64,000 nucleotides of DNA from Myxococcota bacterium (GCA_036012755.1 DASCPX010000027.1:96001-160000); one strand, 5' to 3'. Shown: positions 26,229-36,040, numbered from the stretch's first letter. Notes: generated from the letters alone by a model not told the origin. Program-made: numbers and translations.

Positions 26229-27722
26229 TCAGGCGGCTTGGGCTTCTTCCTGGGCTTGCGGGCTCTTGGGCTTTGGCTTGGCGTTCCAGACCCGCAGCGC
26301 GAGCAGGCAGCCGACGATGGCGACCGGGATCATCGAGATCGGCCACCAGACCCAGTTGTCCGGGTTCGCCGCTTCGTCTGGGACAGCGTCGTCGGGCAGG
26401 ATCCATCCGTAGAGGATGCTCATGAAGGCCGTGCCGGCGTAGACGAAACCGTCGATGATGCCGACGGCGGTGCCGACGTTCTTCTTGCCGCCGAAGTCCA
26501 TGCTGGCGGTGCCAGAGAGCATTCCGTGCACGCCGATGACGCATATGCTCATCAAGATGACCAGCCAGGGCAGGAAGGCGGTCTGGTAGGTGAACGCCAT
26601 CGTGATGGCGCCAACGATCATGCCCATGTAGAGGATGCCGGCGACCGGGCCCCTGCGGGACTGGAAGACCTTGTCCGAGATGATCCCCGCGAAGACCCCG
26701 CCCATGATGCCGGCGCAGCAGAGCATCATGCCCCAGTGGTCGAAGACGAAGGTCTCGAAGCCCCTCTCCTCGACACCGATGGCGGCCATCCCCAGCGCCT
26801 CGTCAGTCTGCTTCGCGAAGGTGCGGAACCACTGCATGATGGCCTGCCGCAGGAAGCCCGAGCAGAACTCGATGCAGGCGATGGTCACGATGACGGGGTT
26901 CTTCAACATCAGCGCGAAGACCTTGGCAGGACCGAGGCTCTCGCCGTCCTCTCCGATCTGCGCGTCGCCGAGATGGAAGTCGTCGAAGCCCGCCTCTCCG
27001 GGCGTGTTCTTCACCAGGACGAGGACCAGGACCCACATGATGGTGAGCAGGACCGACGGCACCCAGAAGACCATCTGGAGGTCCAGGTTCTTGACGATGA
27101 TGTAGCCGATGTCGAAGGCGAAGTAGATGCCGAGGCTGATGAGGATGCCGAAGATGGCGCCGAAGACTCCCCGCTCGCGGACGTGGAACCAGGGTGCGTT
27201 GGCCTTCACGATGGCGACGGCGCCGAAGCTCTGGAAGTACATGTTGACCGCGTAGAGCGCGCTGAGCACGACCGTGAGGTTGTCCGTGAGGAAGCCGGCC
27301 GAGGGACCGTCGTTCAGGATGGCCCAGGTCACCGCCCCCATGAGGCCGTTCATGATGAGGGCGCCCATCGAGCCGATGAGGATGGCGCTCTTGCCGCCGA
27401 TGCGGTCTGTCAGCGGGCCGTTCACGATGAACGAACACCCGTAGGTCAGCGTGCCCCAGAAGAAGATGGTGGCGAAGTCGCTGTTCGTCATCAGCGGCAC
27501 GCCGTCGTGGATGATGTCTCCGAAGGCGTGCTGGCTGACCTTGATGTTGTAGCGCCCCATGTAGAGGAAGGCGTAGGTGAGCCCCAGCGGCAACCAGTTC
27601 CCCACCCGGCGCAGGCGGTAGGCGCGGCTGTGCTCGATGCCGTCGACCTTGGGCAGACGCGCGATGACGACGGTCACCACGAGCAGGAGCAGGCCGATGG
27701 CCAGGAGTTCGTCGAGCTTCAT
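26229..27722 (-). CDS. MFS transporter (GlpT/UhpC organophosphate-type)
   Basis: YAFLYMGRYN, GPLTDRIGGK, WFHVRERG, GTAVGIIDGFVYAG. Confidence 0.85.
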   Translation of the reverse strand: MKLDELLAIGLLLLVVTVVIARLPKVDGIEHSRAYRLRRVGNWLPLGLTYAFLYMGRYNIKVSQHAFGDIIHDGVPLMTNSDFATIFFWGTLTYGCSFIVNGPLTDRIGGKSAILIGSMGALIMNGLMGAVTWAILNDGPSAGFLTDNLTVVLSALYAVNMYFQSFGAVAIVKANAPWFHVRERGVFGAIFGILISLGIYFAFDIGYIIVKNLDLQMVFWVPSVLLTIMWVLVLVLVKNTPGEAGFDDFHLGDAQIGEDGESLGPAKVFALMLKNPVIVTIACIEFCSGFLRQAIMQWFRTFAKQTDEALGMAAIGVEERGFETFVFDHWGMMLCCAGIMGGVFAGIISDKVFQSRRGPVAGILYMGMIVGAITMAFTYQTAFLPWLVILMSICVIGVHGMLSGTASMDFGGKKNVGTAVGIIDGFVYAGTAFMSILYGWILPDDAVPDEAANPDNWVWWPISMIPVAIVGCLLALRVWNAKPKPKSPQAQEEAQAA

Positions 27723-28723
27723 CAGTCCACCTCACGCAGAGGCCCATCGGGCAAGCTGTCGTAGCTGACCTCGCCGGGACGGTACACGGTCGCCTGGAAC
27801 TGCCGGTGGATGACTCGCTCGTTGCGGTCCTCCGGTGTCAGCCCGAGCTTGTCCTCGGCGAGTCGTGCCGCGAGCGCGGTGTCGAAGTCGGTCAGCGGGA
27901 TCCCGAGCTCTGCGCTCAGCGCGCTGCCGTCGACCGCGAGGTCCTCGCCTTGGAGCAGCTGCTGGCGCCTGATCCAGTTCTCCCAGCGGCGGCCGGCGAC
28001 TCGGGCGAGCTTGGCGACGACGCCCGCCGGACCGGAGAGCCAGGTGACCTCGTCGGGATCTGCCCCGGCGGCGAGGCAGGCCCGCTCCACGGCCGTCTCG
28101 AGCGACATCGTCTCCGGTCCACCCAGCTCGAGGGTGCGCCCGGGCTCATCGTCGAGCACCGCCATGGCGTAGATCGCGACGTCCTTGCGCGCGAGAGGGG
28201 AGACGCGGCTCCCCTTGCCGCCCCAGACCCGCCAGGGATCGCCGCTTGCGAGACGCTCGGCTGCGTCGGCGAGGTCCTCTGAGAACAGCGAGCAGCGCAA
28301 GATGGTCCAGTCCAGGCCGCCCTGGGCGAGGTGTTCCTCGGCCTGGCGCAGGCAGTCGAACCACGGATTGGGGAAGCCCCGGTCCACCCCCACGGCCGAG
28401 ACCATCACGAAGCGCTCCACTCCGCGGGCTTCGGCGGCCTCGATGAGGTCCTGGGTCCCCTTGAGCGTGACGACGCTGTGGTGGTTGTCGCTGGTCTCGA
28501 TTCGGATCCCCGCCGCGTGGATCACGTAGCGGCACCCCTTGAGCGCGCGACGCAGGCTCTTCGGGTCGCGCAAGTCACCGAAGAAGTAGCTGCAACCGGA
28601 GTCGTTGAGCCAGTAGTACTCCGAGCCAGGACGCACCAGCGCCCGAACGTCCTGCTTGGCCCGGCGGAGCAGGCGGACGACGTGGCTGCCGAGGAGCCCG
28701 GTGGCGCCGGTGACGAGGAACAT
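27722..28723 (-). CDS. NAD(P)-dependent epimerase/dehydratase (atypical SDR)
   Basis: MFLVTGATGLLG Rossmann motif; GDLRD; VIHAAG. Confidence 0.85.
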   Translation of the reverse strand: MFLVTGATGLLGSHVVRLLRRAKQDVRALVRPGSEYYWLNDSGCSYFFGDLRDPKSLRRALKGCRYVIHAAGIRIETSDNHHSVVTLKGTQDLIEAAEARGVERFVMVSAVGVDRGFPNPWFDCLRQAEEHLAQGGLDWTILRCSLFSEDLADAAERLASGDPWRVWGGKGSRVSPLARKDVAIYAMAVLDDEPGRTLELGGPETMSLETAVERACLAAGADPDEVTWLSGPAGVVAKLARVAGRRWENWIRRQQLLQGEDLAVDGSALSAELGIPLTDFDTALAARLAEDKLGLTPEDRNERVIHRQFQATVYRPGEVSYDSLPDGPLREVD

Positions 28724-28771
28724 GGCCGGTGCCAATAACGCTTGATAGGTCCCCTCGTACAGGACTGGCCG

Positions 28772-29104
28772 ATGTCGGACGAACGCAGCGAAGACAGCGC
28801 ACCACAGGAGCCCGCGGGCTCCGGAGATCTCTCGCCCCCGCTGGGCGAGGTCGCCGGCGCCCTGTGGTCGGCTTTTCGCTCGGGCAGCAGGACCATCGCC
28901 CAGAGCGGTCGAGACCGCCTCGAGGCGTACCAGGCCCGAAAGGACCTGCAGAAGCTCTACGAGAAGCTCGGCCGTGAGACCGTTCGCCTCGTCGAGGCCG
29001 GCGAGATCACGCACCCCGGGCTGTTGGTGGGTGCCGAGCGCATCCATCGGCAGGCCGACGCCGTGGCCGCGGCGGATGCTGCGGAGAGCGAAGGCGAGGA
29101 GTAG
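28772..29104 (+). CDS. Small hypothetical helical protein
   Basis: Fills the gap before the tRNA; coding-like composition (DLQKLYEKLGRE). Confidence 0.65.
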   Translation: MSDERSEDSAPQEPAGSGDLSPPLGEVAGALWSAFRSGSRTIAQSGRDRLEAYQARKDLQKLYEKLGRETVRLVEAGEITHPGLLVGAERIHRQADAVAAADAAESEGEE

Positions 29105-29181
29105 GAGCCAGCGAAAACCGGTGACTCTGACGCCGTCAGGTTGCCGCGACAGGGACCGGGAGCTAATAGCGGGGCGCTCCC

Positions 29182-29254
29182 GGGGCTATAGCTCAGCTGG
29201 GAGAGCACTAGAATGGCATTCTAGGGGTCAGGGGTTCGAGTCCCCTTAGCTCCA
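29182..29254 (+). tRNA. tRNA-Ala(GGC)
   Basis: GGGGCTA/TAGCTCC-A acceptor with G3:U70, CTAGA-ATGGCAT-TCTAG anticodon arm, T-arm; CCA not encoded. Confidence 0.97.
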
Positions 29255-29259
29255 CCTCG

Positions 29260-29283
29260 ACAGGCGCTCCTCGGAGCGCCTGT
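29260..29283. terminator. Hairpin between the tRNA and the convergent nucleotidase gene
   Basis: ACAGGCGCTC-CTCG-GAGCGCCTGT, a perfect 10-bp stem. Confidence 0.6.
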
Positions 29284-29288
29284 TCTCG

Positions 29289-30665
29289 TCAGGGTCTCGG
29301 CTCCCTCCGGACAGGCGCCGCGCGGACAGCGGCCTCCATGACCTCGCGGACATTCTGCGGCTGGACCTCGGGCTCCAGCGGGGTGGTGCCGGGCACGTAC
29401 TCGGCCCACTTCTCGAACATGAAGCTGTTGGTCGCCACGGTGTAGGTCCTGGTCTCGAGCGGGGCGCCCCCGACCGACAGCGGCGAGAGCGTCATGCCGG
29501 CGTACTGGACATCATCTCCGGCGAGGGAGGCCAAGGTCTCGATGTCCTCTGCCGACAGCCCGAAGGTCACGACCGTGTTGTCGAAGGGGAAGACCGAGAA
29601 CACGTCGCGGCGCGTGAGCTCGCCAGCGAAGAAGGGGGCCCGAAGGCCGCCGGAGTTGTAGACGGCGATGTCGACCTCCGCGGCCTCGCGGAGGCGAGCG
29701 CATGCCCACAGTCCCACGTCGGAGAGCACGTCCCGCCCCTCTTGCAGATCCTCTTCAGCCACGCCGATCACGACCCCCCACTCGGCGGCCACCTCGGCGA
29801 GCAGCTCCGCGTGCAGGGCGTCCACCTTCGCCGGCACCTCGGTGGGCTCCTCTACCAGATCGACGAGCTCGTAGTCGAAGTCTGTGATCCGGTCGTCGGC
29901 CACGTGAAGCCGAACCGTGCCGAGCGAGCGGGCGTAGCTCCCTGCCTGGACAATGCGGGTGTCACCGACCTCCAGCGCTTCCCGCAGCGCAGTGTGCGAG
30001 TGCCCGCCGACGATGAGGTCGATGCCGTCGACGGCAGCCGCGAGCTCCTTGTCCGGCTCGACGCCGATGTGGCTGATGACGATGATCAGGTCGGTGTCCG
30101 GGTCCAAGCGCTCGACCTCGGGCCGGACCGCTGCCGCGATGTCCCCTCCCCGGCTCTCGCCGAGCTGTGTGGGCGCGACGACGCTGTCGAGGCGGTCCGT
30201 GACGACTCCGATGAGCCCGATGCGGAGCGCACCCCTGGTCACGACGAGGGACGGCAGGGCGCCCTGGAGCCTGGGCTCGGCGTTGGCGTTGAGGGCAGCA
30301 ACGGCGCTGTGGGCGATGAGGGCCTCTGTGTTGGCCACGCCGTGATCGAACTCGTGGTTCCCGACCGCCCAGGCGTCGTAGCCCACAGCCTCTAGCACCT
30401 CGACCATTGCCCCACCGATAGCCCCACCTCGCTTCGTCTGTGCGTAGGGGGTACCGGAGAGCAGATCGCCGGCGTCCAGGACGAGCACGTCCCCTTCGCG
30501 TCGGTGCCGGGCCACTCGCGCGCCGATGGCACGCATGCCTCCGATCGCCGGGTCCCCTTCGAGCCAGGTCGCCTTCTCGGGCTCGATGTGGCCGTGCATG
30601 TCGTTGGTGTGGAGGACAACGAGCTCGCCGCTGGGCGGCGGGGTGCACGCGACCAGCGCGATCAC
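29289..30665 (-). CDS. Bifunctional metallophosphatase/5'-nucleotidase lipoprotein
   Basis: HTNDMHG, LDAGD, GNHEFD, GGHSH, NSGGLR, FPFDN. Confidence 0.92.
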   Translation of the reverse strand: MIALVACTPPPSGELVVLHTNDMHGHIEPEKATWLEGDPAIGGMRAIGARVARHRREGDVLVLDAGDLLSGTPYAQTKRGGAIGGAMVEVLEAVGYDAWAVGNHEFDHGVANTEALIAHSAVAALNANAEPRLQGALPSLVVTRGALRIGLIGVVTDRLDSVVAPTQLGESRGGDIAAAVRPEVERLDPDTDLIIVISHIGVEPDKELAAAVDGIDLIVGGHSHTALREALEVGDTRIVQAGSYARSLGTVRLHVADDRITDFDYELVDLVEEPTEVPAKVDALHAELLAEVAAEWGVVIGVAEEDLQEGRDVLSDVGLWACARLREAAEVDIAVYNSGGLRAPFFAGELTRRDVFSVFPFDNTVVTFGLSAEDIETLASLAGDDVQYAGMTLSPLSVGGAPLETRTYTVATNSFMFEKWAEYVPGTTPLEPEVQPQNVREVMEAAVRAAPVRREPRP

Positions 30666-30805
30666 GAGACCTCGGGCTCCTTGGTCTCGGGTTCCAGCTT
30701 GGGTTGGTGTGCCCGCTCGCCCGGCTTCTCGAAGAGCTCGTTCCTGGCAACGCGCTCGGCGATGCGCTTGAGTACGGAGCGGACGGTCGAGCGGATCAGA
30801 CCCAT
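30662..30805 (-). CDS. Small hypothetical protein (47 aa)
   Basis: MGLIRSTVRSVLKRIAERVAR...; GTGA coupling to the nucleotidase; TAGGCT 7 nt upstream. Confidence 0.5.
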   Translation of the reverse strand: MGLIRSTVRSVLKRIAERVARNELFEKPGERAHQPKLEPETKEPEVS

Positions 30806-30818
30806 GGGCGGGAGCCTA

Positions 30819-31394
30819 TCACTGCGGCTTCGCCTGGCCCCAGACCCTCCAGCCCTCCGCGTCGTACCGGAGGACGAGGGGGCTGACCGGGTGGTCGAGC
30901 TGCTCGAACATCTTGCGCGCACCGACAGCAACCACCTTGTCGACCTCGCTGTCTCCGGGCGTCCAGGCCACGAGCGCTCCACGGGCGGGGACCGCCACGA
31001 GCACCTCCTCGCCGAGCTGGCCGAGCCACTCCGGATGGAGCAACACGGTGCCCTCGCGACCTGGCTCGGCGGTGGACTGCCAGTAGTGCCCGCCTCCGGG
31101 GATCTCGACCCTGGTCAGCGGGCTCTCTTCGAGCGCCCCGGCAGCGTGACGCCTGAGACCGGCGCGCGTGACCCCCCAGGCTTCCAGATCGGCCTCTGTG
31201 ACGTAGCGCCGGGTCTGGTCGCTCTCGACCCGGAAGCAGAGCAGGACCGCCTCGACGAGGGCGTCGCAGACCAACTCCTTTTCCTTGCCGTCGCCGCTTG
31301 CCTGCTCCCGAAAGAGCGCCGGCGCGTCAGCCCCTTCCGGGCTCGCGAGGATCACACCTGGCGGTTCCGCCAGGGCCAGTGAGATCCACCACAT
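30819..31394 (-). CDS. DUF1444-like exported protein
   Basis: YVTEADLEAWGVT, VLVAVPARGAL, HPVSP pattern. Confidence 0.6.
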   Translation of the reverse strand: MWWISLALAEPPGVILASPEGADAPALFREQASGDGKEKELVCDALVEAVLLCFRVESDQTRRYVTEADLEAWGVTRAGLRRHAAGALEESPLTRVEIPGGGHYWQSTAEPGREGTVLLHPEWLGQLGEEVLVAVPARGALVAWTPGDSEVDKVVAVGARKMFEQLDHPVSPLVLRYDAEGWRVWGQAKPQ

Positions 31395-31407
31395 CAGCGA
31401 GGAGACA

Positions 31408-31950
31408 CTACTCGTGAACGCTGTGTTCCTCGACCACCGGACGCAGCTCGTCGCGCATCTGCTCCGCGGAGCGGTCCTCGACGAGGATGTTGCTGAGCTG
31501 CGACGTCATGCCTCTCTGGCGCTCGCAGAGCACCTTCGCCATCTCGCGAACGAGCTTGAAGGCGGCGAGGTTCTCGTCAGCGAGCAGCTGGTCGAAGCCA
31601 CCCTTTGGGAAGCGGAAGAGCACACAGTCGCCTCGCGCCGCCACGGTGGCCGAGCGCGGCGAGCCATCGATGAGCGCCATCTCTCCGAAGCAGGACTTGG
31701 GGCCGAGGCGCGCCAGCTCACGGTCGGGACCGAGCATCTGGCTCTTGCTCACGACGACCGCGCCCTCGTGCACCACATACCAGGCATCCCCGGCGTCGCC
31801 CTCGCCGAAGAGCGCCTGTCCGTCTCGGACGCGCTGGAGCTGCATGATGTGCACGATCTCGGCGAGCTCCGAGGGCTCGAGGTCCCCGAACATCGGAGTG
31901 TCGAGCAGGAACGTGATGATGCTCTCCAGAGTCAGGTTCGACATGGGCAT
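31408..31950 (-). CDS. Cyclic nucleotide-binding domain protein
   Basis: EGDAGD...FGEMALIDGSPRSATV; no HTH. Confidence 0.9.
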   Translation of the reverse strand: MPMSNLTLESIITFLLDTPMFGDLEPSELAEIVHIMQLQRVRDGQALFGEGDAGDAWYVVHEGAVVVSKSQMLGPDRELARLGPKSCFGEMALIDGSPRSATVAARGDCVLFRFPKGGFDQLLADENLAAFKLVREMAKVLCERQRGMTSQLSNILVEDRSAEQMRDELRPVVEEHSVHE

Positions 31951-32033
31951 CTCCTGATGTGGCGGCGAGGGTACACCGAGTGGGTGTGCCCCGCAGCCCG
32001 GGCATTGATAGCCTTACTCGTCGAGGTGAGTGC

Positions 32034-32228
32034 ATGGGTCTCCGAGATCGGCTGAAGAACAAGGTGCGAGGCGTCGTCGAGAAGTTCAGCGGCGAGTACA
32101 GCGAGCCGGCGCCCCGAGCCGAGGACATCAAGCCCTTCGATCGCAACCTCCCACCGGACCCCGAAGCGGAGGTCGTCCGGGCCAGGCTGGAGCGGCCGCG
32201 CGACAAGTTCCAGAAGAAGAAGGGCTGA
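32034..32228 (+). CDS. Small hypothetical protein (64 aa)
   Basis: GAGGTG SD; MGLRDRLKNKV; high-GC3 codons. Confidence 0.6.
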   Translation: MGLRDRLKNKVRGVVEKFSGEYSEPAPRAEDIKPFDRNLPPDPEAEVVRARLERPRDKFQKKKG

Positions 32229-32603
32229 TCAGCCCCGGATCCTGAGCTCACCCTCGAGCTTGCGGATCCGACGGTCCAGGCGATCCCGGATCGACTTCAG
32301 CCCGGTCACCTCCCCTCGAAGCTCGACGATCTTCTTCTCCAGGCGCGCGCGCTGCTTCTCGAGACGCCAGTTCGTGTCCATCGCGAGGCGCTGCCGCTCG
32401 GCGAGGTCGGCTTCGCGGCCGGTCGCGTCCTTGAGCTCCTCGCGAAGTCCTGTCAGCTCCGTCCGCAGCCGCTTGTTCCTCTCCAGCGCCGCGTTGGCGC
32501 GGTTTCGCTCGAAGGCTGCTTCCTCGAGCGCTGCGTCGCGCTCGGCCACGAGGACCTCTTCGAGCTTGGACCTGCCGCCGCTCAAAGCGTCGCCACCACC
32601 CAC
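32229..32603 (-). CDS. Coiled-coil hypothetical protein
   Basis: Heptad-rich E/R/L/K sequence. Confidence 0.6.
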   Translation of the reverse strand: MGGGDALSGGRSKLEEVLVAERDAALEEAAFERNRANAALERNKRLRTELTGLREELKDATGREADLAERQRLAMDTNWRLEKQRARLEKKIVELRGEVTGLKSIRDRLDRRIRKLEGELRIRG

Positions 32604-33370
32604 ATGAAGGCCGAGCTGTGCGCGTCGAGTCGGAGCGCTGCTGCTGGGACCTGCCAGCCGTCGGAGCCAAAGACCTCGACGCGCGTGAAGCCTGCTGCGT
32701 TGGTCAGGGTGATGATCTCGGGGGCGGTCCAGGCCCGCAGGCTCTGGGTCGGGAACTCCCGCCGTCGTCCCGCCTCGAATACGAGAGTGCGGTCCTCGAC
32801 GCGCCCTCTCAAGGCATCGAAGCGGTAGGTCCTGACGAGGTCAGCGCTCGCAGCGAGCGAGCCAGGGGGGAAGTGCCGGGTGACGTTGCGGTGGGCCCAG
32901 TAGTAGGGATTGAAGAGCTCGAGCACGAGACGCCCCCCCCCCCGCAGTCGGTCCGCGATGTTGGAGAGCGTGCGGAGATGGTCGGCGTCGTCGTCGAAGA
33001 CGCCAAGGGTCCTATCCAGGAGGATCGCTGCGGCGAAGGGCCCCTGTGGGCTCAGGTCCCGCATGTCGCACTGCACCCACTGGGGACCGTCGTGGCCGGG
33101 GTGCCGAGCGGCCCAGCGGCGCTGGGCGAGCTCGAGGAGCTCTGGGGCGAGGTCGACGCCTGTCACGGCCAGGCCCCGCTCCTGCAGGAGGATCGAGTGC
33201 CGCCCTCCCCCGCAGCCGACGTCGAGGAGCGGGTCTCCGGGCCGAAGCTCCAGGAGCCGCTCGAGGAGATCGACCTGGGCCTCGGCCTGCCGGTCGAGCG
33301 CACCCGCCAGGTCGGGGTCGATCGCGGCCAGCGCGGCGAATCTGCTCGCCCACCAGGGGGAGTCGCTCAT
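32582..33370 (-). CDS. Class I SAM-dependent methyltransferase
   Basis: LLDVGCGGGRH, TGVDL, CDMR, GGRLVL. Confidence 0.9.
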   Translation of the reverse strand: MSDSPWWASRFAALAAIDPDLAGALDRQAEAQVDLLERLLELRPGDPLLDVGCGGGRHSILLQERGLAVTGVDLAPELLELAQRRWAARHPGHDGPQWVQCDMRDLSPQGPFAAAILLDRTLGVFDDDADHLRTLSNIADRLRGGGRLVLELFNPYYWAHRNVTRHFPPGSLAASADLVRTYRFDALRGRVEDRTLVFEAGRRREFPTQSLRAWTAPEIITLTNAAGFTRVEVFGSDGWQVPAAALRLDAHSSAFMWVVATL

Positions 33371-33927
33371 GACGTCGAGTCTACATCGAGGGCCGCCTCG
33401 ACCCTCCGCGTGAGGGCGTCGAGGTCGCCGCCGTCCGGGTCGACGACGGCGTACCGCAGCTCGACGCGGGAGAACGGAAGCGGGACCATGAAGCGGTCCC
33501 AGCTCCTCGCGCGCCAGGCGCTGTCGCAGCGGGCGCGCACGCAGACCATCGGCCAGCCACGCTGGGCAGCGAGCCAGGCGGCGCCGGGCTTGGCGACCCC
33601 GACCGGCCCGCGCGGGCCGTCAACCGCCAGCGCGACGCTGCGGTCGACCCGCGTCCCCTCGAGCAACGCGCCGACACCCCCTCGAGAGGAGCTCCCCCGG
33701 ACAACGAGGTAGCCCAGCCGCTCCAGCACGCCGGCGAGGCGCTCGCCGTCGCGGCTCCTGCTCACCATGCCGACGATGCCCCGGTCGACGTGGGCCATGG
33801 TCAGCGGGAGGAGCTCGCCGTGGAGGAAGGCGTACACCACCTCTGAGTCGACCTCGTCGCCGCTGCGCTCGAAGCGCCAGGTCCAGGCGAGGGCGCGCAA
33901 CAGCGCGGCGAGGAGGGCGGCGATCAC
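33367..33927 (-). CDS. DUF374 / lysophospholipid acyltransferase-family protein
   Basis: SRSRDGE, VRGSSSRGG, VDGPRGP, SWDRFMVPLPFS. Confidence 0.9.
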   Translation of the reverse strand: MIAALLAALLRALAWTWRFERSGDEVDSEVVYAFLHGELLPLTMAHVDRGIVGMVSRSRDGERLAGVLERLGYLVVRGSSSRGGVGALLEGTRVDRSVALAVDGPRGPVGVAKPGAAWLAAQRGWPMVCVRARCDSAWRARSWDRFMVPLPFSRVELRYAVVDPDGGDLDALTRRVEAALDVDSTS

Positions 33928-33948
33928 GGTCCGGCATAGTATTCGGGC

Positions 33949-34608
33949 ATGCTCGCTCTCGGCCTCCTGTCATGCGCGGTGAATCACGGCGTTCGACCCA
34001 TCGGAAAGGGCAACGTCGCGGCGACGGGCAGCCTGGGCGGCCCCGTCATCGAGGCCTTCGGCGCTCCCATGCCGCTGCCCCTGACCACCCTCGGTGTGCG
34101 CTACGGCATCAGCGACAACAGCGACCTGCACGCGAGCGTGCATCCCTCTCTCGCTGGCATGTTCGGGCTCATCGGCGTCGACGCCGGCGCGAGCTACCTC
34201 GTCGCACCTCAGCTGGGTCCTCGCCCTGCCGTCCTGGTCGACGGAACCCTGCTGGTCGTCGGTGGCGACACGGTCGAGGGTGAGCCCGATGGCGGCGTCC
34301 GCGCCTACGTCTCCGCAGCGACCCTGGCGAGCTGGACCTGGGGGAAGCGGGACAACCTGGTCTACGGCGGCGGCGAGCTCTTCCTCCAGCCTCGGCCGTG
34401 GCAGCTCTATGCCGCGCCGGTGGTCGGCAACCGCTTCCAGCTCACCCGCCGCCTCGGCCTCGCCCTGGAGCTCCGCTGGGTCGACCCCTGGGTCCAGACC
34501 GACGACCTCACGGTGCACTTCTACTCCCCGCGTCGCTATGGCGCCGTGAGCGTCCACGCCGGCTTCCACGTCGCCTTCGGGCCGGACTTCGCGAAGGAGC
34601 CAGGATGA
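33949..34608 (+). CDS. Hypothetical lipoprotein (beta-rich)
   Basis: MLALGLLSC lipobox-like start; beta-strand pattern. Confidence 0.65.
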   Translation: MLALGLLSCAVNHGVRPIGKGNVAATGSLGGPVIEAFGAPMPLPLTTLGVRYGISDNSDLHASVHPSLAGMFGLIGVDAGASYLVAPQLGPRPAVLVDGTLLVVGGDTVEGEPDGGVRAYVSAATLASWTWGKRDNLVYGGGELFLQPRPWQLYAAPVVGNRFQLTRRLGLALELRWVDPWVQTDDLTVHFYSPRRYGAVSVHAGFHVAFGPDFAKEPG

Positions 34609-35417
34609 TCCTGCTCGTCACCGGCTGCATGACGCTCGACCCCTTCTTCTTCAACGGCGAGGTCCTCACCCAGTACGGCTTCCCGACAGAGGTCATCCCA
34701 GAGGACCGCGTCGAGGAGGTGGTGTTCGACAGCGGCGAGGAGACGCTCTACGGCATGTGGGCCTGGCAGTACCAGCCCCGCAAGCACCCCACGCTGGTGT
34801 ACTTCCACGGCAACGCCTCCCACATGGACGAGTACATGCCGCGGGTCGAGGTGCTCTGGAACTTCGGCTACAACGTCTTTCAGTTCGACTATCGGGGCTA
34901 TGGACGCTCGACTGGCTCCTCCAGCCACGACTCGGCCATCGAGGACGGCCACGCCGCGGTCGACCAGGCACTGCTCGACGCCCCGTGGCTTCGAGAGGGC
35001 AGCAACCAGCTGGCCTATGTGGGGCTGTCGCTGGGCGGTTTCGTCAGCCTCCACACCGCGCTGGACACCCCGCCCTACGCGCTGGTCACCCAGGACATGT
35101 TCGCGAGCGCAAGCGACCTCGTCGAGCTGAACTTCGGCCTGGACAGCCCGGATGGCTGGCTCTTCGAAGGCGCCTTCGACAACGCCGGAGCCGCCTCGCA
35201 GCTGGAGGTGCCCTACCTCGTCCTGCATGGGGCGGACGACTCCTACATCAAGCCCGACAACGCCGAGCGGGTCTACGCAGCCGCGAACGAGCCCAAGCGC
35301 CTCTTCCTGGTTCCCGGGGCCGACCACGCCGAGATGGCCACGGAGCAGACGGCCGTCTACGAGCAGGAGCTCGTCGGGTGGCTCGAGACCTGGGCGCCGG
35401 TGGACCCGGAGGAGTAG
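34605..35417 (+). CDS. Alpha/beta hydrolase lipoprotein (ABHD13/BEM46-like)
   Basis: YFHGNA, DYRGYGRS, GLSLGG, LHGADD, GADH; ATGA coupling. Confidence 0.88.
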   Translation: MILLVTGCMTLDPFFFNGEVLTQYGFPTEVIPEDRVEEVVFDSGEETLYGMWAWQYQPRKHPTLVYFHGNASHMDEYMPRVEVLWNFGYNVFQFDYRGYGRSTGSSSHDSAIEDGHAAVDQALLDAPWLREGSNQLAYVGLSLGGFVSLHTALDTPPYALVTQDMFASASDLVELNFGLDSPDGWLFEGAFDNAGAASQLEVPYLVLHGADDSYIKPDNAERVYAAANEPKRLFLVPGADHAEMATEQTAVYEQELVGWLETWAPVDPEE

Positions 35418-35419
35418 GC

Positions 35420-36040
35420 GTGAAGAGGGGGCGGGCCCGCCGGGAGGCCATCCTCGAGCTCGCCCGGCCCTTCGTGCGCGGGCTGGTGGTCGATGTCGGT
35501 TGCGACCACGGTCACACCACCGCGGCGCTCCAGGACCTCGGCACAGCCTCGCTGGTCGTCGGCACCGAGCGCCTGTCGAGTCGCCTCCCGCGCCGCGGCG
35601 ATCTGCATCTGCTCGTCACGGACGGGCTCGCCGGCTTCGAGGTCGTCCAGCTGGCGGTGATCACCGGGATGGGTCCCCACGCCATCCTCGGAGTGCTCGA
35701 GCGGGGGCCACGACCGGCCGCGGCGGTCCTCCACTCCCCCGACCGGACCGACACCCTGCGGAGGGGGCTGAAGGCACAGGGCTGGCGCGTCGACGCGGAG
35801 AAGCTGGCGCCAGAGGGCCGGGGCTTCGCGGAGGTGATCCGCGTCCTCCCCGGCGAGGAGACCGCAGAGGGCCTCGCGCTCGACTTCGGACCCGGCCTGC
35901 TCGGGGATGCGCTCCTACAGCAGCACGTCGAGCACTTGCTCCGACACTGGACACGCATCGCCGAGGTTGCCCCGCTCGGGAGCCGCGGCCGAGCACGCGC
36001 GGAGGCCTGGATTCCCTTCCTGCGAGCCCTGCAGGGGTAG
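35420..36040 (+). CDS. trmK: TrmK-like tRNA (adenine-22-N1)-methyltransferase
   Basis: VDVGCDHG, TDGLA, ITGMGPHAI, LRRGL...GW, EVI pattern. Confidence 0.7.
   Translation: MKRGRARREAILELARPFVRGLVVDVGCDHGHTTAALQDLGTASLVVGTERLSSRLPRRGDLHLLVTDGLAGFEVVQLAVITGMGPHAILGVLERGPRPAAAVLHSPDRTDTLRRGLKAQGWRVDAEKLAPEGRGFAEVIRVLPGEETAEGLALDFGPGLLGDALLQQHVEHLLRHWTRIAEVAPLGSRGRARAEAWIPFLRALQG

Noticed and set aside
24702..27764. 1020-aa plus-strand ORF and similar long ORFs (e.g. 3713-5920, 8133-9935, 20316-22250, 58141-60420)
   Set aside because: Antisense shadows of real genes, expected from high GC3 bias; no recognisable motifs.
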